Virus record (IMG/VR): IMGVR_UViG_3300022895_000020
Location: 1 to 32,058 of that record
From: a virus
Lineage: Duplodnaviria; Caudoviricetes
Length of the DNA stretch: 32,058 nucleotides
Direction: 5' to 3' (one strand)
The position numbers and the translations under genes are program-made. The notes under the pieces were generated by a model. It did no database searches and was not told where the DNA came from. It saw only the letters and a program-made list of their open reading frames with translations. This document shows positions 26,944-32,058 of this stretch, in pieces (position 1 is the first letter of the stretch; the number at the start of each line of letters is the position of its first letter).

Positions 26944-27185
26944 CACGGGGAGGGGGAAGGGACAGGGCGGGCAGTGCTTAAGCCCGTCCTTTCCTACCCT
27001 CGTGACCACGCTTGCGGGGGAAAAATATATATATTTATATATAGTGTTTTTTTCCGCAATTGCAAATAACTTTAATTCCTGTTTTTTTCCGCACTATTTT
27101 CCAATGTTGCAGGAAACGTAATTTATGTTTTTTTCTTCAATATTATAAGAATTGCAGAAAACGTCTTACTCTGTTTTTTTCTGCA
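26944..27185. repeat. Putative phage replication origin: GC-rich hairpin, (TA)n tract and iterons
   Basis: Imperfect inverted repeat 26944-27004; AT tract 27021-27043; TGTTTTTTTC(C/T)(G/T)CA at 27045, 27080, 27126, 27172; TTGCAG(G/A)AAACGT at 27107 and 27152. Confidence 0.65.
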
Positions 27186-29382
27186 CAACTCCGTCAACGA
27201 TTTCAAAGCCACCATGCTCTTTTATCCGATCTCTGACAGATCGTTCAGATATTCCCATGGCCCCTGCAAGGTCGGATAGTGTAGGTGGATCTCCAAAATT
27301 ACAGTTTTCCACGGAGCTCTCTAAAGCTTCCTTCCTCTCCTGCTTCTTTTGCTCTTTGGGCTTACGGCTATTCATTGCACGTTTCCACGGTGCCTGTTCT
27401 GCTTCTGGCTGAATATCTCCCAGCACCCCAGACTTATCCAGCTCATGTACCGGATAATTAAACCAGAGGTTCTGCGGTTCAAACTTAGAAAACTCTCTTA
27501 GGGTCCCCTCGATACGCCATGCAGTCATGCCCTTTACCTTAGCCTTAGCAACTTCGATATTACGCTCCAGGACAGCCATCTGCCACTTTTCAAGCTTCTC
27601 TTTACAGTACTCCATCATCTGGAAGCTACTGCATAAATCGTCCTGTGAGAGATCGCCCTCCCACTTGGTATTAGCATCAAGGTACTGCTTGCAGGCGTCA
27701 CAAACTGCCCGGTTTTCCTGTTGTTTCATCAGTTCTTCGGTCGTTTCTAGTTCAATAAGATCAATAAGCGCATCGGGATCCCTGGCGAATACGCCAGACC
27801 CGCTGGCCCGGTCCATGGACTTCTTTCCGCCCTGGCTTCCTTTGCTGTGATGATGGCAGTAGATCACCGCCACACCAAGTTCCGTGCACACCTTGTCAAA
27901 CTGGTTGCAGAAATTAGACATCTGATCGGCGCTGTTTTCATCACCAGTAATTACCTTATAAATAGGGTCAATCACGATGGCTATGTAATTCTTTTTCGCC
28001 GCCCTGCGTATAAGCATTGGGGCCAGTTTGTCCATGGGGCGTGACTTGCCTCGCAAGTTCCAGATATCTATGTTTTTAAGGTTTTTAGGCTGCCACCCAA
28101 GCGCCTGATACACATCTTTAAAACGATGAAGGCAGCTGGCCCGATCGAGTTCCAGGTTTACATACATGATCTTACCCTGCGTACAAGCCCAATTAAGCCA
28201 CTGTTTTCCCTCAGCTATAGCAATACACATTTCGATCTGTAAAAACGATTTCCCGGCCTTTGAGGGGCCCGCAATCAGCATCTTATGCCCTTGTCGTAAC
28301 AGCCCGTCAATCAGGGTCGGTGCCAACTCCGGAAGGTTATCCCATACAACATCAAGGCTCTCCGGATCAGGAAGATCATCGTTGATGGACTCGATCCATT
28401 CTTTCCATTCCGTCCAGCTCTCTTTACCTATATTAGTATCAACGATAAACTGCTTCTGACCGCCTCGCATGACGCCGGGCATTCTGGATAGTCTGGAAGG
28501 GTTCTTGTTTTGCTGGTCAATAGCGAGTCCATTTTTCTTGCAGATATCATAGAGATAATCCACCCGCTTCCGATATTCTGCCTGATCGGCAGCATCAATC
28601 CTTACAATGGCATGAAGACTTTTCCCTCCACTATGGACCAGACAGGCAACCGGCAACTCTAACTCCCGGATAATGGCGTGCTGCTTTTCAATGTCCATCA
28701 AATCCGATTCCACCAGGGCGTATTTAAAGTCAGAGACATTGTCATTCTTTACACCTTTCCCATCCAAAGGATTAAATCGGATCCATGCCCCACCTTCTGG
28801 ATCATAATCCCCCAGCACGCTGCCTATATCCCCATTGCACTGTGACAAAAGCTCAATCAACTTTCCTGCGGTCCGGCCATAGGCTCCCTTATCAGCAGGC
28901 ACCCACTTTTCCTTGCCTTTTTCTTCTTTCTTCCAGCTCTTTACGACATAACCTACATTTTCCCCGGCTTCAAAAAGTGTTTCCAGGTATTTTATTAATT
29001 CCACCGCTGGGTTCCAATGTTTTGGCTGAAGCACTTCCCTGGCCTCTACCCAGCTGCTGTCAACAATCATGCCTTCTGCTGACACAGTATCATTCCAGTC
29101 AAGGGCTGTCCCAGGATCATAGGGAGGTGTCCACCCCTGTTCCCTGGCAAACTGGACAATGGTTCCACCTGTCACCGGAGTACCGGCCCCGTGGAAGCCC
29201 CGCCATTTTTGCTCACACTCCCCTGCGTGATAACGCCGGTCATTCATGCTCCAGCGGTCCCATACATCAACGGAATACCCTTCATGCTGCAGAGCCATGC
29301 CAACATTAACCCAACCCTGATAATCAAGCTCTGAGGGGTCTATATGATTTAGGACCTCCATGAGGTCGTATGTACTATCCAT
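27166..29382 (-). CDS. Primase-helicase (PriCT-2 + primase-like + AAA_25/RepA-type helicase)
   Basis: LDYQ.WV.VGMAL (PriCT-2), LVESD, HSGGKSLH, NPSRLSRMPG, Walker A GPSKAGKS, IVIDPIY, HHHSKG. Confidence 0.92.
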   Translation of the reverse strand: MDSTYDLMEVLNHIDPSELDYQGWVNVGMALQHEGYSVDVWDRWSMNDRRYHAGECEQKWRGFHGAGTPVTGGTIVQFAREQGWTPPYDPGTALDWNDTVSAEGMIVDSSWVEAREVLQPKHWNPAVELIKYLETLFEAGENVGYVVKSWKKEEKGKEKWVPADKGAYGRTAGKLIELLSQCNGDIGSVLGDYDPEGGAWIRFNPLDGKGVKNDNVSDFKYALVESDLMDIEKQHAIIRELELPVACLVHSGGKSLHAIVRIDAADQAEYRKRVDYLYDICKKNGLAIDQQNKNPSRLSRMPGVMRGGQKQFIVDTNIGKESWTEWKEWIESINDDLPDPESLDVVWDNLPELAPTLIDGLLRQGHKMLIAGPSKAGKSFLQIEMCIAIAEGKQWLNWACTQGKIMYVNLELDRASCLHRFKDVYQALGWQPKNLKNIDIWNLRGKSRPMDKLAPMLIRRAAKKNYIAIVIDPIYKVITGDENSADQMSNFCNQFDKVCTELGVAVIYCHHHSKGSQGGKKSMDRASGSGVFARDPDALIDLIELETTEELMKQQENRAVCDACKQYLDANTKWEGDLSQDDLCSSFQMMEYCKEKLEKWQMAVLERNIEVAKAKVKGMTAWRIEGTLREFSKFEPQNLWFNYPVHELDKSGVLGDIQPEAEQAPWKRAMNSRKPKEQKKQERKEALESSVENCNFGDPPTLSDLAGAMGISERSVRDRIKEHGGFEIVDGVVQKKTE

Positions 29383-29395
29383 GTTTCAAGTCTCC

Positions 29396-30979
29396 TTATT
29401 CCGGTATATATTCCTGCGGATTCACGCCGGAGGGTGCTCCTCTCCAACCTGCCGCTGCTATACGGTCAATCATGTTTTTGGCAGAATCAAAGTTCCACGT
29501 TCCCACATGCTGAAATCCGTACTTTTCCAGGCAGCGGATCTGCTTTGGTGTGCTCAAATTTTCTTCCTGCCGCTTGTGCAAACGGTCCAGGATTAAGCTG
29601 GCCTTTCCAGCATTGTCTATCTGATCAGGGAGGATTCCCCGCTTTTCAAGCTCTCTTTTCTGGCTGTCTGATGGGGGTGCCATTTCCCAACCAAAGGCCG
29701 GCACATATCCAGATAAATCCTCCGCCTGGATACTCATTTCAAACTGCAGCGGATCCACCAGCTTTTTCTTGCGATTCCGCATTTCCTTAAGCTGCTTTGC
29801 AAGGGCTTCCTCTCTTTGAGCGACAACATCTTCTGCCGCCTGTTTTTCTGCCTCTTCAATATCCATAGGGCAGCCAGCCTTTTCGATGTTCTCAGTCATT
29901 TTCTTTGCGACTTCCTCATCCTGACAGATCAGACTTGCAGGGTGGCAAAGCTCATGACGTTCTGTGTGCCATAGAAAGTCCAATAATAATAAATGGTCTT
30001 TCCCTGGGAATAATCTGGTACCACGCCCTACCATCTGGCTGTAAAGACTACGGACCTTCGTCGGCCGCAGGACTACAATACAATCTACACTTGGACAGTC
30101 CCAGCCTTCGGTAAGAAGCATGGAGTTGCATAATACGTTATAATCTCCCCGATCATAGGCTGCCAGGACCTCCGCCCGGTCTTTGCTGTCCCCGTTTACC
30201 TCGGCGGCCTTAAAACCCTTTTCATTCAAAATGTCCCGGAATTTTTGGCTTGTCTTAACTAAAGGAAGGAATACAACAGTCTTCCGGTCCCTGCAATGCT
30301 TTTCCATTTCATCCGCTATCTGATACAGATATGGATCCAAGGCCGTTGCCAGATCTCCGGATTTAAAGTCCCCGGACTGCATACCAACACCTGATAGATC
30401 AAGCTGCAGGGGAATAGTAAGAGCTTTGATTGGGGATAGGAATCCGGCCTTGATTGCTTTGGGAAGCGTGTATTCATAAGCCAGACTGTCAAAACATTCA
30501 CCCAGGTTTCTCATGTCGCCCCGGTCCGGAGTGGCCGTAACACCTAGAATGTTGGCTCCTTTGAAATAATCTAAAATCTTTTGGTAACTGTCAGATAAAC
30601 AATGATGTGCTTCGTCGATAATGATGGTGTCGAAATAATCCACCGGGAATTGTTTTAGTCTCTTATCTCTCATTAGGCTCTGGACGGACCCGACTACAAC
30701 CCGGAACCAACTCCCTAAGCAGGTTTCCTCTGCCTTCTCGGTAGCGCACCCAAGGCCCGTTGCTTTTCCGATCTTATCGGCAGCCTGATCCAATAGCTCT
30801 CCCCGATGGGCCAGAATCAACACTCTGTTCCCCCTGCGGACACAATCTTCTGTTACCTTGGCAAATACGATTGTCTTACCGCATCCGGTGGGGAGGACCA
30901 GGAGCGTCCGTTTGACGCCCTTGTCCCATTCTTCAAAAACAGCAGCCTTTGCCTCTGACTGATATGGTCTAAGCTCCAT
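29396..30979 (-). CDS. SF2 DEAD/DEAH-box helicase
   Basis: LRPYQ, PTGCGKT, DEAHH, TATP, LTEGWD, QMVGRGTR. Confidence 0.95.
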   Translation of the reverse strand: MELRPYQSEAKAAVFEEWDKGVKRTLLVLPTGCGKTIVFAKVTEDCVRRGNRVLILAHRGELLDQAADKIGKATGLGCATEKAEETCLGSWFRVVVGSVQSLMRDKRLKQFPVDYFDTIIIDEAHHCLSDSYQKILDYFKGANILGVTATPDRGDMRNLGECFDSLAYEYTLPKAIKAGFLSPIKALTIPLQLDLSGVGMQSGDFKSGDLATALDPYLYQIADEMEKHCRDRKTVVFLPLVKTSQKFRDILNEKGFKAAEVNGDSKDRAEVLAAYDRGDYNVLCNSMLLTEGWDCPSVDCIVVLRPTKVRSLYSQMVGRGTRLFPGKDHLLLLDFLWHTERHELCHPASLICQDEEVAKKMTENIEKAGCPMDIEEAEKQAAEDVVAQREEALAKQLKEMRNRKKKLVDPLQFEMSIQAEDLSGYVPAFGWEMAPPSDSQKRELEKRGILPDQIDNAGKASLILDRLHKRQEENLSTPKQIRCLEKYGFQHVGTWNFDSAKNMIDRIAAAGWRGAPSGVNPQEYIPE

Positions 30980-30981
30980 AG

Positions 30982-31431
30982 TTAAAATGTCCCTGCTTTA
31001 AATTTTTTAGGTTCATATGGAAGATACCTTTTTACATGGTTAAACTTTTTACTTGGATCATCTCTGCCTGGAGTTACCTCGATTGTAGCTTTTCCCTTAG
31101 CTCCGGGAACTGCTGGCCAGTTCATTCTTACCTTGCCATCAACTTCCTTTTCACCAATGCAAAGGAAGAACTGTGCAATCTTCCATTGCATTTTATCGTA
31201 AAGAAGCAGACTTTCTGTTATAAGAGCAGTCCCCTCTGGCGTATCAATTCTCAACTTTAATATTGCTTTGTTACATTCAGGAGATCTATCTCCGCCTGGA
31301 TGTCTTGCACGTTCAAAAGATTCTACAGTGAAATCATAATCTCCAGGAGGAAGGAGGACAAAGTCCCCGCCCCCTTCACCTTTTTCCACTTCATCGTCCC
31401 AACCTAATTCTTTTGCTTCATAATCTGCCAT
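30982..31431 (-). CDS. DUF669-like putative single-stranded DNA-binding protein
   Basis: F..LP.GDY.F.V N-terminus, ..N.VKR C-terminus; between the Sak4-like NTPase and the helicase. Confidence 0.7.
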   Translation of the reverse strand: MADYEAKELGWDDEVEKGEGGGDFVLLPPGDYDFTVESFERARHPGGDRSPECNKAILKLRIDTPEGTALITESLLLYDKMQWKIAQFFLCIGEKEVDGKVRMNWPAVPGAKGKATIEVTPGRDDPSKKFNHVKRYLPYEPKKFKAGTF

Positions 31432-31444
31432 CTATTTTTCCTCC

Positions 31445-32058
31445 TTAATTAAACACTAAGCTGTCTTTTTCTTTCATTTCCTTAATCATGGGATATACCT
31501 GATCCCAGGCTCCTACCAACACACCAGAGATAAAGTCCGGCGGATAATCAGCGACCGCCATATCTGCGGGGAAGTATCCTCTGGCAGCCACTACGTTTTG
31601 GATATCCCACTCGTCAACCTGATTGTGTATCATCAGATCCAGGAGGGCTTTAGGAATCTTCTCATCCACTTTTACATCTGGGGGGTTCATAGGTTCTGAC
31701 TTTGTATCCACCGGCGGAGCTGTCTTCTCTTCCTTTGGAGGCTCCTGAATGCTTTTACTGACTGTACTCCCGGATTCTTCCTGCCTCGTCTGTGAAGTGG
31801 ATGGGGCTGCTTTTCGCTCTTCCTTTGCAGGTGTTGCCGGACCTGTCGATTCTTCAACAATGTGACGAATGGCATCATATTCAAATAGAACTTCATCAGG
31901 GAGCCCATACCGGTTCTTAGCATCCCAGCAGGAGTGATGGGTCGTGTACATAACACGTCTGCCGCCCTGAGCTTTGTTCTTGCCCTTCTGGGCGCCTTGT
32001 CCATCCACGTTGACAACCATCGTCTTATAATTACAGAAGAGGACCATATCCGCCCATT
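31445..32058 (-). CDS. AAA_24 / Sak4-like NTP-binding recombination protein, C-terminal part (starts outside window)
   Basis: WADMVLFCNY, GG.RVMYTTH...WDAKNR.GLP motifs; frame open to the window edge. Confidence 0.85.
   Translation of the reverse strand, partial: WADMVLFCNYKTMVVNVDGQGAQKGKNKAQGGRRVMYTTHHSCWDAKNRYGLPDEVLFEYDAIRHIVEESTGPATPAKEERKAAPSTSQTRQEESGSTVSKSIQEPPKEEKTAPPVDTKSEPMNPPDVKVDEKIPKALLDLMIHNQVDEWDIQNVVAARGYFPADMAVADYPPDFISGVLVGAWDQVYPMIKEMKEKDSLVFN

Larger units (their letters stand above)
1..32058 (-). mobile_element. Prophage interior (contractile-tailed temperate phage, PBSX/phiCD119-like morphogenesis genes); both ends lie outside the window
   Basis: Continuous, co-oriented replication, packaging, head, neck, sheath/tube, baseplate and fibre genes in canonical order. 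Confidence 0.97.

Noticed and set aside
27045-27185. Spaced direct repeats as a possible mini-CRISPR array
   Set aside because: Repeats are 14 bp, T-rich and degenerate, with no cas genes; iterons fit better

Overview
The whole window is the interior of a temperate myovirus-type (PBSX/phiCD119-like contractile tail) prophage, most likely from a clostridial/Lachnospiraceae-type Firmicute (inferred from the protein families and AGGAGG-type RBSs). Almost all genes are on the minus strand. Reading from high to low coordinates: a replication module (AAA_24/Sak4-like NTPase cut by the edge, DUF669-like SSB, SF2 helicase, PriCT-2/AAA_25 primase-helicase, an iteron/AT-rich origin-like region, RusA); small hypothetical genes and one plus-strand membrane-protein moron; an ArpU/RinA-like late regulator with its promoter; a Dam-family methyltransferase; a Cys-rich moron; terS, terL, portal, MuF, scaffold, decoration and capsid genes; the neck; sheath, tube, frameshifting tail chaperone, tape measure, XkdP/Q/R/S/T/U baseplate genes and tail fibres (the last cut by the edge). 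Integrase, repressor and lysis genes lie outside the window. The most notable locus is 15.8-18.2 kb. There a MuF minor head protein is separated by a single -1 frameshift from a C-terminal RelA/SpoT-fold (Apk2/Tas1-like (p)ppApp synthetase) toxin domain. It is followed by an overlapping small immunity-like gene, a hairpin, a palindrome, and a 90-aa protein resembling phage nucleotide-sponge (Acb4-like) anti-defence proteins. All family calls come from motif recognition, not database searches.
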